A stretch of 63,718 nucleotides of DNA, the filler included, from Olpidium bornovanus S191 (lineage: Eukaryota > Fungi > Olpidiomycota), in assembly GCA_017911155.1 (NCBI GenBank). It is 29 parts of 29 records of this genome, joined end to end, with 100 filler letters (N's around TTAATTAATTAA, not from the genome) between each part and the next. Parts side by side here need not be neighbours in the genome. Positions count along the whole stretch, not along the records: positions 12,113 to 13,482 come from JAEFCI010002358.1; positions 13,583 to 14,773 come from JAEFCI010008983.1; positions 14,874 to 15,892 come from JAEFCI010001112.1; positions 15,993 to 18,889 come from JAEFCI010009878.1; positions 18,990 to 21,446 come from JAEFCI010012163.1; positions 21,547 to 25,357 come from JAEFCI010002769.1; 23 more parts are not named here. One strand, written 5' to 3'. Within the stretch, counting starts at the first letter, position 1. Each line of letters starts with the position of its first letter. A program made the translations under genes and the position numbers. The notes beneath the pieces were generated by a model. It had not been told where the DNA came from. It saw only the letters and a list, made by a program, of their open reading frames with translations, and did no database searches. This document shows positions 12,200 through 23,644 of the stretch, piece by piece.

Positions 12200-13244
12200 C
12201 TCGTTGGTGTATGCGTCCAGGGCCCATCATATCCGCTGCGGTGCACGTGACACCGGCCAACGGTGTGCGCGCCGCTGGCAAAATCACAGAATCGACCAAC
12301 GGACGTTCGGCGAAAACCGCGTCAGACACCCGCCGCAGACCGCCCAAACGCGTAAACACGGCGCGAAGAAAAGAGAAGGCCGGGGTCACCAAGAAAAAAA
12401 AAAGCCCCTCCTCACATCAGCGCCACCATCTCCCTGTCCGTAAAGCCCATTCGGCGGAAAACCTCTCGGACGTGCACCTCGCCAAGCGACGCGTCGGGGA
12501 GACGGCCGTTGGGCGGGCACGCCGTCTCGTCGTTCTTGTCCATGCGACCGGGTTTCCAGGGAACGACGGGCCCGCCCATGGCGTCGATGGCGACGACACC
12601 GGCGAGGGTCCAGAGGTCCGCATAAGAAATCTGAACCAATCAGGCAGGATCAGCAGTGGACAGTCCGCCCCTCACCTCGGGGCGGCTTTGCGAGACCAAG
12701 GCAGGAAGCTGGTTAACTAACCCACGGGTGCTTTTCCTTCACAGGCAAAAGGAAATCCCGCGCTTGCTCCAGCCCGGCGTTCGCCGGGTCTCTGGCCTCC
12801 ATGTTGAACCGCATGGTGGCTCCGTCCGAGCCGCCGGTTCCCGTGGACTTGTCATAGGTGCCTGCCGGAGGGAGAGGTCACCTCAGGCTAGGGCCCCTGC
12901 AGCCGGCGCCCTTGGGAGAGTCGAAAGGCGGGTGGCGGGAGGAGGGACGGGAGGAGGGGTGGGAGTGGGCGGGCAAGGCACGGGGGCGTGCCGCTCACCC
13001 GAGGCGTGCCACGCGAGACGGACAAGGACCGGTGCAATGCTGCCGTCTACGCTGATCCGTCGCGGGCAGCATCCAACGCCCAGGAGGCGGTTTGAGCGCG
13101 TGACGCCGAGGGAGAGACTCTTTGTCCTTCGCACACGCGCGCCGGCCGGCCGGGACGCCGCCTCTCACCGTCGTATTTTGGGTTCTCCAGTATGGACCTG
13201 ATGTCCCTCCTGACGGCGTCGAAGTCGCGGGCCGCGGACGGCAT
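12200..13244 (-). CDS. Class I heme peroxidase (cytochrome c peroxidase/Ccp2-like, no mitochondrial leader), 3'-truncated, 5 exons
   Basis: Spliced: [15 protein letters not shown]...[35 protein letters not shown]...NAGLEQAR...[15 protein letters not shown]...PPNGRLPDA...[23 protein letters not shown]...SGYDGPWT. Distal RxxWH and proximal His are present. Confidence 0.95.
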
Positions 13245-13393
13245 CGTAGCGGGCGCTGCTGGCGGCGGTGTAAGCTTCTTCGGCGCTTCTCTTTTGTTCC
13301 TGATTCTCCTTTCTTGAGCGAGTGAAAGAGAGAACAAGCGCCTTCTCGGCGCGGGAGCACTGCGTCCCCAATTCCCCCCCCCCCCCCCCAAGG

Positions 13394-13482
<89 letters not shown>

Positions 13483-14195
13483 NNNNNNNNNNNNNNNNNN
13501 NNNNNNNNNNNNNNNNNNNNNNNNNNTTAATTAATTAANNNNNNNNNNNNNNNNNNNNNNNNNNNNNNNNNNNNNNNNNNNNACGCAACTCCACCCTCCC
13601 TTCCCCCTCCCTTTCGAATCGCTCCGCGCTCTTTTTTTCGTGAGTCGACGTCCCGCCTCGAAAGGCCGTCGTCGTGCGGAACCGCGACAGAGCTGTAACA
13701 TGTACAGAGAGATGGGCAGCGGGTTGGAGTGAAATGGGAAAATCTGGCAGGGACGGAAGGAAAACGGAGACCTTTCCCACCCTTACTCCCCCGCTCTCTC
13801 TCACTCTCAGAAAAAAATCCGGCGAGCAGCCGTTTGCGTACAGGGACCACAAAAAAAAAGAAAGGTATATCTACCAGAAAAAGAAAACGAAAAAAAAAAA
13901 AAAAAAAAACAAAAAAAACAGAGCAGCCAAGAGCAGGATTAAGCGAGGAAAGAAAAAAAAGAAAAAAAAAAAAAAAGCAGACCGCGTGGAGCGAAATGCC
14001 CGCCGACTCTTTTTTCATACCGCCACCCAAAACAAAAGCGACGCTTATTGAAGTTATAATGAAGAACGAAATGAGGAGGGGGGTGTGGAGGAGCAAAACG
14101 ACAGCAAAGCCAAAAAAAAAATCCGGATCCTCTGATTTCTTCTTTCCCAGTCGCCTTCCGTCTTCTCTTTCCCGCGGTTCACAGATTGCGGAGCT

Positions 14196-14773
14196 TTAGA
14201 CGGCGACGTTGATGCTGATGCTTCGCGCAACAGATTCGAACAGCCTCTCGATGTCGGGGGCGCACCGCGTGAACGAGTGGGCCCAGAAGTTGTATCGCGG
14301 GTTCTTGACTAGCTCGACAAACGATATCAGGAGCCCCCACGGATGTGGTCGGTTTACGATCAACCTCTCCAAGAGCACCCTGCGATGCGTGGCAAACGGG
14401 GAACCGGGCAGGCTCGTCAGCGGACATTACGCCGGGCACCCGTCGACGCCGAAACCACAAGCAGATTTAATTTTTTTTTTTTTACACGCACCTCGTGATC
14501 TGCTCCTGGATAATTTCCTGGTTTGCCTCTGCGAACAGGCACAACAGGACACAGCTGTAGTAATGGGTGTGACTGTTGGGGTACCTCAGCTGGTTGGCGA
14601 TTGCGCTGAAGAAGTAATACCGTCCTGCGTGGGGGTTTTTTGGGTTGTGGATATCATGATAGTTGGGCTCGATGCTTGCCCGTTTGACTACAAGGTAATG
14701 CGCAAACCAGCCGTACGCGGACTCCGAAAATAGAGACTTCATCTCCTGAACCTTGGAGTCGAGGTTATCGGGA
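14196..14773 (-). CDS. NOT1: CCR4-NOT scaffold NOT1 fragments (central MIF4G segment joined to the C-terminal NOT1 domain)
   Basis: [18 protein letters not shown] (central domain); [22 protein letters not shown]...IQEQITR and [23 protein letters not shown] (C-terminus); stop at 14196. Confidence 0.92.
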
Positions 14774-14873
14774 NNNNNNNNNNNNNNNNNNNNNNNNNNN
14801 NNNNNNNNNNNNNNNNNTTAATTAATTAANNNNNNNNNNNNNNNNNNNNNNNNNNNNNNNNNNNNNNNNNNNN

Positions 14874-15361
14874 AACGGTACGGCCTGCTCCTCGACCACC
14901 CGCACTTCCACGGGCGCGGGTTCGGTTGGGAGCGGTACTCGGGCAGGATCGTCTTCGAGAGGAGCATACCAGGCAACCACTTCACGGTCATGAGACCGGA
15001 GAACGTGCGGGTGTGGGGGCGGGAGCTCCGGCGCGTAGTGAGCTCGTACGGGTCCTCAGCGGCCCGGCGGGGATCCTCCCCCGTCCGCTGCTCCGGGCCC
15101 TCCTCGTCCACCACCACCGCCACCACCACCTCGACCTCCTTCCCCTCCTATTCCGCGCGGCCGCCGCCGCTCCGGGAGGAGGAGAAAGCGGCGAGGAGGG
15201 ACGGCAGGCGGGGGCCGTGGTGGTGGTCGGGGCGGCGGCGGTGGAGGTTCTGGGGAGGGATGACGGCGCAGAAGTCGACGCTGCAGGGGGCCAGCCGGCT
15301 GGCGCTGTGCGCTGCGGCGGGGGCGTGCGTGGGGGCGGCGGTGGCGACGACGTTCGGCTGA
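14874..15361 (+). CDS. C-terminus of an alpha/beta-hydrolase thioesterase domain (PKS/NRPS type), 5'-truncated
   Basis: GFGWERYSGRIVFERSIPGNHFTVMRPENVRVWGRELRRVV matches the thioesterase pattern GW..../PG.HF.M...V with the catalytic His. A low-complexity tail follows. Confidence 0.55.
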
Positions 15362-16392
15362 TCCGAGCCGTCTTCGGTCTTTCTCAGTCTCACACACACT
15401 CTCTCTCTTTCAGTCATTCCGTGTTCTCTCTGGCTCTCTCTCTTTGCTCTACTTCTCTCCCTTCTTTCCCTCTCGCCCTCTCTCTGCTCTCTCTCTGCTC
15501 TCTCTCTGCTCTCTCTCTCTCTCTCTCGTGGGCTCTCCCGGCAGTTAATGCGCTTGGCAAAACGCAATAACACCCAGCGATTATAATATAACAGTACGAT
15601 AATGAAAACGCAAAAATGTGCAAGTCCAGAGCGGCGGTGCGACGAGTTGAATCTACTTTTTTTTTTTTTTGTTTTTCTTTTTCCTTGCTTTCCGGACGGA
15701 CGGCGAATGCCCGGCCGTCGTCTTCTCTCCTCCGGCTCCTCTTGTCGGTCTTTTGCGCGTGCGAACTGCGGCATTGCGCGCGCGGCGGGCCGAGAGAGAA
15801 AAAGGAAAGAAAAAAAAGATTACACGGAACGGAAAAGGGAAAAAGATTTCGAAAAAAAAAGAGAACAAGGGAAAAAAAAAATTTGCTCCATGNNNNNNNN
15901 NNNNNNNNNNNNNNNNNNNNNNNNNNNNNNNNNNNNTTAATTAATTAANNNNNNNNNNNNNNNNNNNNNNNNNNNNNNNNNNNNNNNNNNNNCATGACTG
16001 TGTCGCAGTGCATACGCGTTGGCTGGAAGAGGGGGACATCGCGAGGCGGCGCTGCACGGCAAACGAGCACGGACACAGGCTTTTAGCTCCAGATCGTACC
16101 GACGCGGACGTTGTCCTTTGTCAGAGTGGCGATCTCTTTTTTTTTCTCTCTTTTTTTGCCCCCCTTTTGGCGGGGTGTTTCCCCGCAGGGGGAGGAGAGA
16201 GCGAAAACGAGGACGCTTACTGTTGACGACGACGGATGGGGACAGAAGAGGACAGAAGAGGACAGCGAGCGAACCACGCCTGTGGCCGGCGCGAACGCCA
16301 CGACGACGGCGGCGGCGACGACGGCGAGCGGCGTCTGCGCGCGAGTTGAAGGAGGGGCAGCCGGCGGGGGCCCGTTGCGAGCAGCGGGGGCG

Positions 16393-16428
<36 letters not shown>

Positions 16429-16603
16429 AGGGGAGGCAAAGAGGAAGTGCGCGCGCTCGCGCCTCCAGTGCCAGGTCCCGCCCCGGAGCGAAGCTTTCGC
16501 GCGAATCTCGAGCCTGCCCGGGCGCCCAGCTAGTTTAGCTTGCGACCGCCGGGTCTCGCCCCAGTTTTGCTTTTCTTGCGAAACGCTGTTCTCCGACCAG
16601 ACA

Positions 16604-18746
16604 ATGCCGCTCGACTGCCCGGACGATCCGTTCCTCGCGGCGGCCTCCTCGAGCAACTTTGGCACCTCGTCGCACCCCCTCGGCGGCATACACCAGCCGC
16701 AACCAACGGGCGTCGCGGACCTCGGCCATGCGTTGCAGGGGATGGGAAGCGGCGTGCTGGCGGCAAAGGCGGATATCGCCCCTGCGCTGAAGTTCGTCCT
16801 CGGCTTGGCCACGTCGCTGTTCTCAAGCGCGCTCTACGCCGCGGGCCTGAACCTCATTCAGCGGGACGCTGTCAACAACGCGCAGCGGGCGCCGCGTTTG
16901 CGGAGGTCTGCCTGGCAAAGGCCGTGGTGGATACTGGGCATGGCCATGTTTGTCGGAAGCCAAATCGTTGGCCAGACCATTGTGATATGTGAGTGCGGAC
17001 GTTTTCGTGAAGTCGCCGCGTGGGTCCACGCTCCGTCGGCCGCCGGGCTATCAGGCCGTTCACGCGTCCCCACGGCTCGTTTTGCGGCGGCGCGTTCCGG
17101 CGGATTCAAATTGGCGGCACGGGCTGACCGGCTCCTGTTGCTACCGTTTTCGCCGTTCGCGCTGCCAGACATCCTACCGCCCCTCTTTGTTGCGCCCCTG
17201 GGAGCCATGACGCTCATCTTCAACTTTCTCATTGCGCGATTCCTCGTCGGGACGCGTATAACGCGGAAGGACACGCTCGGGACCGTGATTGTCATCTGCT
17301 CGGTGGTGTGCATCGTACTCCTCGCCAATCTCAAGGACGACGACCGTGATATCGGCACCCCCACGCTCTGCTACCTTCAGCACCTGTACAGCCGACCAAT
17401 TTTTGTGTTTTACTTTCTTATCGTCGACAGCGTCACCGTCTTCTCTCTGTTCGTCGCCTTCCACTCCAAACGAACCCTCAGCAATGAACTTCGGCACCGT
17501 AATTCCAGAATATGGAAGGGGATCAACCGGAGGCGCATGAGCAAGGGTGTTGGGGTCTGCTTTGCTTCCGTTGGCGGTCTTCTGGCCAGTCAGACTCTGT
17601 TGCTGGGCAAGAGCGGGTGAGTCGGACGATAGCGCCGGGCACAATCGAATTGGCTCTGGGCTGTACGCTTTCTGTGGCAAGGACTATTTGTTTCCCCCCC
17701 CTTGGCCAAGCCTTTTTGCCTCGTTCATTATGTGCGCGCCCTCCTTTCTACGGTCGGCTCACATTCCGATTTTCTCAACCAGCGTCTTGATTTTGCTTAA
17801 TACCGCGAATGGTGACAACCAGTTTACCCAAGGGACGCTTCTGCCCCATGCCATAGTCTTCTTCCTTGGTGTGACGGCCGTCCTGCAGGTCGTGTGCCTG
17901 AACAACGCGCTCCAATTCGTGGACTCGGTCGTTGTGGTACCCATCTTCTACGGCTTCTACACCGCGCTCGGACTCGTGAACACAATGGTCTACTTAGACG
18001 AGTTCGATCAGTACAGGCTATGGGTCCTACTGCTCCTTGTTGTCGGTATGCTGCTTTTATGCTATGGTGTGAGGCTCCTTAGCATGAAGAAACCCCCGGC
18101 GCCGCCCGCGCTGCCGAGCGACGTTTCTGACACCGCGTCGAGCGCGGCTACCGTCGTCGACGACGGCGACGTCGTGTTCGCGGAAGGCCAGGACGTGGTG
18201 GCTTTCGATTTCGTCACGCCCGACGACGTGGGCGGCGTCATTGAAGATGAAGACGAATGGGACGCCGCCCGTTCGCAAGAGCCTCCGGGCACCCCGCGCG
18301 CGGCGCGGGCGGGCGACCGGGGGCCGCCGGCGACGGCGGGCTCGTGCGCCGCCGCCCACGGCTCCGGCACCGACGGGCCGGGATGCGGCGACCGGCAGCA
18401 CGGCGGGGCCGTTTTCGCGCGCGTGCCCGAAGGAAAGGGGGCGCCGCGCGCGGACGACGGCCCGCACCCGTCGGCCATCGCCCTCACCGCCGTCCCGCAG
18501 TGCGCGCCGGCGGAGTCCGACGTCGCGGACGCCGACGACGGGGAAGCCAACAACGTCTCCGTGCCGTTTCTGGCCAGGCCGCAGACCGCACCCCACGCAG
18601 GGACAGGGGCGGCAACTCGACCCGCTTCCACAGGGCCGCAGCAATACGGATCGGCGCCCGGCGCGGAGAGAGGCAAGGTGTACGGACCGGTTCCGGCCGC
18701 AGCCGGAAAGGACATGTCGGTGCGGAGCACAGAGGAAATCCTGTAG
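16604..18746 (+). CDS. NIPA-type magnesium transporter family (DUF803) membrane protein, 3 exons
   Basis: GLNLIQR, WQRPWWILGMAMF, LPPLFVAPLGAMTLIFNFLIARFLVG, VGGLLASQTLLLGKS and LNNALQFVDSVVVVPIFYGFYT are family motifs with many TM helices. Confidence 0.88.
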
Positions 18747-18989
18747 ACGAAGTGGGAGGTGGATTTTGTGCGCGCGCGCGTGTGCGTGTGTTTGTTTCTC
18801 ATCTGTATTTTGAAGGGGGTTTTCCCGTTCGAGCATAATCTTTTTTGATACCGCTCGTTATTCTCCTCCGCTTTGTGCATAATTCCCCCNNNNNNNNNNN
18901 NNNNNNNNNNNNNNNNNNNNNNNNNNNNNNNNNTTAATTAATTAANNNNNNNNNNNNNNNNNNNNNNNNNNNNNNNNNNNNNNNNNNNN

Positions 18990-19805
18990 CCCGGTGGGAC
19001 GTCCAACTCGAATCCATGGGAGCCGATGACCCGCATGATGGTGTACTTGGCGTGGAGCCAATCAAATTTTTTGGAGGGTTGATCTGTGTAACCAGGTGTA
19101 AACCAGACCCGATCACTGACTTGGAACCGTGGGGAATGCTGGCGCGCACGGTTGGCGTGCTCCTCCTGGTGCTGCTGAGCGGAGCCAATCAAACTTTTTG
19201 GAGGGTTGATCTGTGTAACCAGGTGTAAACCAGACCCGATCACTGACTTGGAACCGTGGGGAATGCTGGCGTGCACGGTTGGCGTGCTCCTCCTGGTGCT
19301 GCTGAGCCACAATCTCCTGGTTGGCGTGCTCTGTCGCACCGTCCGTTTCTGGGTGATAAGCTGTGGACAGTCGTCGGTGAATGCCGGTGAGCTCGCATAC
19401 GTGCTTCCACAAGGCATTTACCCATCGGCTCCCACGGTCACTGGTTATAGCCAGACCCCACGGGCCATGGTGGCAGACATAGGTCTGGAAAAAGCACGCG
19501 GCACATCTCGCGGCGACAGGTCATTGGTTGCGTCATACATTGCTCTTTTCCCTAGGCAGTCTCTGATGACCTGACTGCTGCCGTCGGAGTCGGGAAGGTG
19601 GGTGACGAAGTCGATGGAGATCTCCTGCCAGAGGCGCTCCGGGATCGGTAAGGGTTTCAGCAGGGCCATCTTTCTATTGCGCCAGATGGTCGCGTTACCG
19701 CAGACGTCGCAGTTGCGGACAAATTGCCGAACTTGTTGGGATTGGCCAGGCCAAAAGAGCTGGCGGGCGATCAAAGCGAAGGTGTTGTCGCGCCTTTCCC
19801 CCCTT
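18990..19805 (-). mobile_element. Degenerate Ty3/gypsy retrotransposon integrase fragment with internal deletion and tandem duplication
   Basis: FWPGQSQQVRQFVRNCDVC (zinc-binding region), LKPLPIPERLWQEISIDFVTHLP, LSTAYHPETDGATE and FQVSDRVW; frameshifts and stops throughout. Confidence 0.92.
19055..19307. repeat. Tandem duplication of about 127 bp within the integrase remnant
   Basis: Two near-identical copies of ggagccaatcaaa...ctggtgctgctgagc. Confidence 0.9.
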
Positions 19806-20489
19806 TTTCTGTAGAGAATTCACTACAAATATATGGGTTCAGCTAGACGGACGCGGCCTTCGCGCGGCGCTCTCGCCGATGGATGGCCCCTCGCTCTTCT
19901 CCTCCGGTGCCGCTCGCCCAACGGATGGTGCGGCGATGCTATTCCTACCGGTGCCTACGGACAGCGCGGGCGCTCTGACGGGGAGGGTTTCGCGTTTCTA
20001 GCAACGCTCGCGGGAAGGGCAGCCCGTTGGGCTCATAACCTGTTGACTATTATTGTGTAGGAGAGTGCGAGCAAAAGTAAAGTAACGGGTGCGTGCGCCG
20101 GACAGAGGTCACGTGATCTGCGGCTACGGCTATGGCTACGGCGCCACTCAACATCTGATCCGTAGCGCAAAAGAACGACATAAACTAAGACTGCGCAGCG
20201 TTCGGGCGCGCATCGCAACCTTTGTCGAGCGCAGCGTCGGCTGGTTCTCGTCTCGTGTGCCCGCGGCGCGCACACCGCCTCGCTTCAAAGCGCCTTTCTG
20301 TGCGGCGGCTGTGCAGAACTGTCCCATTTCTCGTCCGTCATCGACGCGTCGCGCGGTCGATCGCGTTTTCGCGAGAATAATTTGACGTCCCTGCTCTCTA
20401 AGGCATCACGCAGCGTCCCTTGCGGTTCTGCTCCGCGTTCCCTTGTCCCTTTCCTGTCATTCCCTTTGATTGTGGCCTCGCATCGATCG

Positions 20490-20935
20490 GCCCCGACACC
20501 GGCGCTCGTCATCATCGATGGCGGTAGCCGAGAACAGAGAGATGGAAGTGGTGACGTTATCCTCGTAGTGAGCGGAGCAGGCGCCACCGTGCAAGACGAG
20601 CATTGGGCTGGGTGCCCTTGAGCGTCATCGAGCTGGGTTTTCTTGACAATCATTTCGGTGCGTCCTACTCCCGAACGCGGGAGTCGTCGACAGGCGTGTC
20701 TGTCTCGAACACGGACCGGTCGTCCGAGAGAGCTTTCTTGGCGTACACGGAACGAAGGGGCGCCGGAGAGGATGGTTTTTCGGCTTTTTGGCGAGTTGCC
20801 GACAAACATTGTTGACGGCACGATCTCGCTATAGACGCGGGTCTAGCGGACGCGCCGGGCGATGCGTTGCGCGTACTCCGCCTCGAAGTCCAAGACCAAA
20901 GCTGCGCCGGTCGCGCCGAAGGACGGCGTGGACAC
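20490..20935 (-). pseudogene. guaA: Decayed actinobacterial-type GMP synthase (glutamine amidotransferase domain) fragment
   Basis: From GTG at 20935: [30 protein letters not shown], then across frameshifts LAKKPK, ILSGAPS, SVYAKKALSDDRSVFETDTPV, VDDSRVRE, GRTEMIVKK and HGGACSAHYEDNVTTSISLFSATAIDDDERR. These segments are collinear with the GuaA N-terminal domain. Confidence 0.85.
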
Positions 20936-21861
20936 AGGGGGCCGTTACGTTTTCCGTTTTCCTTTTTCCGTTAGGTGATCCCTTTTTCTTGCCGTGCCCC
21001 GCTCGGAGACGCGGCGATCAAACCTGCCACGCACTCGATGCGACTCTACATCCCCGGACGGCGTGTGCGTCATTCACGGTGCGACTTGGCCTGAAAGTGG
21101 GCTGGGGATAGGGCGCAACGTGGCAGCGAAACGGCGCCAGTTTGAAGCAGTGCGCGGCGGCAGTGTGCTTCGCGGACGGTTCGCGCGTGACCTCGTTGCC
21201 AAGGGGCGGCGACGTGGGACTGTGCGGCGCGCGGTTGATAGGGGGCTTCCATAGCAACGGGGACTGCATCCCTGTCCCCGACGCCCTGCCGTTGCTCGTG
21301 CGATTGACGACTCGCTTTGTAACGGCGTAAAACGGAAATCCTTTCATGTGAGAAGGGAACCAAAAAGGAGAGACTTGTCCAACGGCTTCACTCATTTGAT
21401 TTGCTTTTTCGAGTGGCCGTGACAGTGAGGCACCCCCTCGCTTCCCNNNNNNNNNNNNNNNNNNNNNNNNNNNNNNNNNNNNNNNNNNNNTTAATTAATT
21501 AANNNNNNNNNNNNNNNNNNNNNNNNNNNNNNNNNNNNNNNNNNNNCATGTTGCCCGTCCCCCACCACTGCAAGCGCCGTCGCGGCCGTAGCACCAGCTA
21601 TTGCTCCACCAGCTAAAGCCATACTGCACGGCCGACGCGTTCAGATACTGCAATGGAACAACACCCTCGACTGCGGAGGGGGTTGGGGTAGGATCAGCTG
21701 GAGTTTGAAGTTCCAGTCAAAGCTGGCCCTCTCCTGCGCACGCACCGAACTTCAACGTCTTACCGAGCTCCTCAGGAATGTTGCGTCAACCGTCAAACCA
21801 GAGACGCCTGGAACAATCGCAAAGCGCGCCCGTTCGTTCGCTTTTGTAGGCTCTCAGGTCA

Positions 21862-22170
21862 TTGCAGAGTTTTTATGCCCGCACACACGCGCTTGATCAG
21901 GCCCAACTGCTACATGCCCGCGTCAACGCGCTGGTGCAGTCTCCGACTGATTCAATGCAGGCGCACGTTGCCAAGGGCCAGGCCTTAATGAACGAGTATA
22001 TCGCCGATCAAGAACTCGACCTGGACGGCCGTCACGACCGCCGACGGAACGATCAATGGACGTGCAAGACGCTCACCCGGCTTTTTTTTGGAGTCTCAAC
22101 ACCGACATTCCACAATATGCGCCAAAATTGCGTGCGCACATGGACGCGGTTGAAGGAGCGCATTTTCCGT
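21862..22170 (+). CDS. Possible RecQ4-like helicase C-terminal segment
   Basis: QALMNEYIADQE...WTCKTLTRLFFGVSTPTF resembles the RECQL4 C-terminal motif AVARIFHGIGSPCY. The similarity is weak and judged by eye. Confidence 0.35.
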
Positions 22171-22189
22171 TGTGCGATCTATGTTAGAC

Positions 22190-22640
22190 CATACTATGAC
22201 ATATCAGCCACGTTTGCCGCTAACTACCAACCCCATCAGCATGCCACCACCAAGTTCTCTCCCGTCGAACCTCTTTATAGTCGGACGGCTCGTACCCTAC
22301 TTTCCATCGATAAACCGGTCGATTGCTGAGTTCATCAAAAGCCGTGATGAATTTAACGTCCAAACAAACTGACACGAGCTCATGACTGCATCTGAGCTAT
22401 TCTCCATGACGCGCATGAGGCGTATAGGATTATCGCGACTCCCATCAGTCGCTGCAGGCTGAGACAGCTCCTTTTGTCCTCGGTGACAAGGTCATGCTGC
22501 ACTCACCGCGGTTAGGGAACTCCAATGAACCCCGCTCTTCCGCCGAAAAACTCCGCTTAAACGGCCCTTTTACGGCCGTCGAAATTTTGGAGTTAACGGA
22601 TGTCTTTACTATCCGTGATGTTAAAAAAGGATCCGGTTTA
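22190..22640 (+). mobile_element. Degenerate Ty3/gypsy integrase C-terminal remnant
   Basis: HATTKFSPVEPLYSRTAR (compare HSTTGFSPFELLYGR) and FVLGDKVML...KLRLNGPFTAVEIL (GPF/GPY module); stops and frameshifts. Confidence 0.75.
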
Positions 22641-23354
22641 TTGCTGTGCAAGCAACGAATGATGTGGCTTTTGAGCGCCCTTCAGGATTTTTGCACTGCG
22701 CAACACCATCCTCCCTCTCCGCCGTCGCGCGCTCGCCGGGCTTTCCCTTTTCTGGAAACACAGCAAAACCTTGCATCCGCCTTCGTTCTCGGGCGTTTAC
22801 GCGGGACATTAAAGAGATTCCCTCCCGAAGATTTTGCGCTGTTTACAAATCATAGCAATAGCGGACCGGCCGCCGACACCCGCCGGCGTCCGCGTGACGG
22901 CCGCGCGGCGACTCTTTGCGCCGGCGTTCCCGTCGGTCGGGAGTTTGGACAGCAGAGTCCGACGATCGGCGATGGCCCCGCGCCGCGAGACGCGATCTGC
23001 CCATTCCCTTGTCCAAGACACTGCATGTATTCTTCGCGCGTCCTCGAGATGGAAAGAAGTCCGGAAGCAGATTCGTCGGCCAAAAGCCGTTTCAACGGTT
23101 TATCAACGGCAGATGGCGCCTTCCCCCCCTTCCCCCCCAAGTCCTCCCGGTGGTTCACAACCACTCGAGCAAGAACGCCGAGGAACGTGCCGTCGACACC
23201 GGGGTTTCCACCTCCCCCCACCCCCCCTTCCCCCCACCGTTCCCAATATCTTCATAAAGATCCCGTCGGCAACACCAACTCGAGAGGACCTCCCGCCAAT
23301 TTAGGATAGTTCAAACAGACGAATAACGAAGACCCAAACCCCGGGCTAATTGCT

Positions 23355-23391
<37 letters not shown>

Positions 23392-23644
23392 ACAAAAGCG
23401 CGCTTCACAAAATGCTGGCTTTCCTTACAATTTTTTTTTGTTTTCGCAAAGTAAAACCGAGGAAGAAGACCTTAGGTCCCTCGCACTCGCGCGCGCATGG
23501 GAGGCGGGCGGGCGGGAGAGGTGGGAGGGGTTGTGGGGGGATGAATTTGGATAATTGCAATAGTGTACATGCCGTGAGGATGCAGATTTTACTGTGATCG
23601 GCGGCGGAAAAAAAAGGCGTCGACCGGCCGGCCACCTTTCTTCC

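Noticed and set aside
20490-20935. Simple bacterial contamination
   Set aside because: Stops, frameshifts and loss of the catalytic Cys are incompatible with a living bacterium's essential guaA, and the flanks are not bacterial genes. A chimeric join is still possible.
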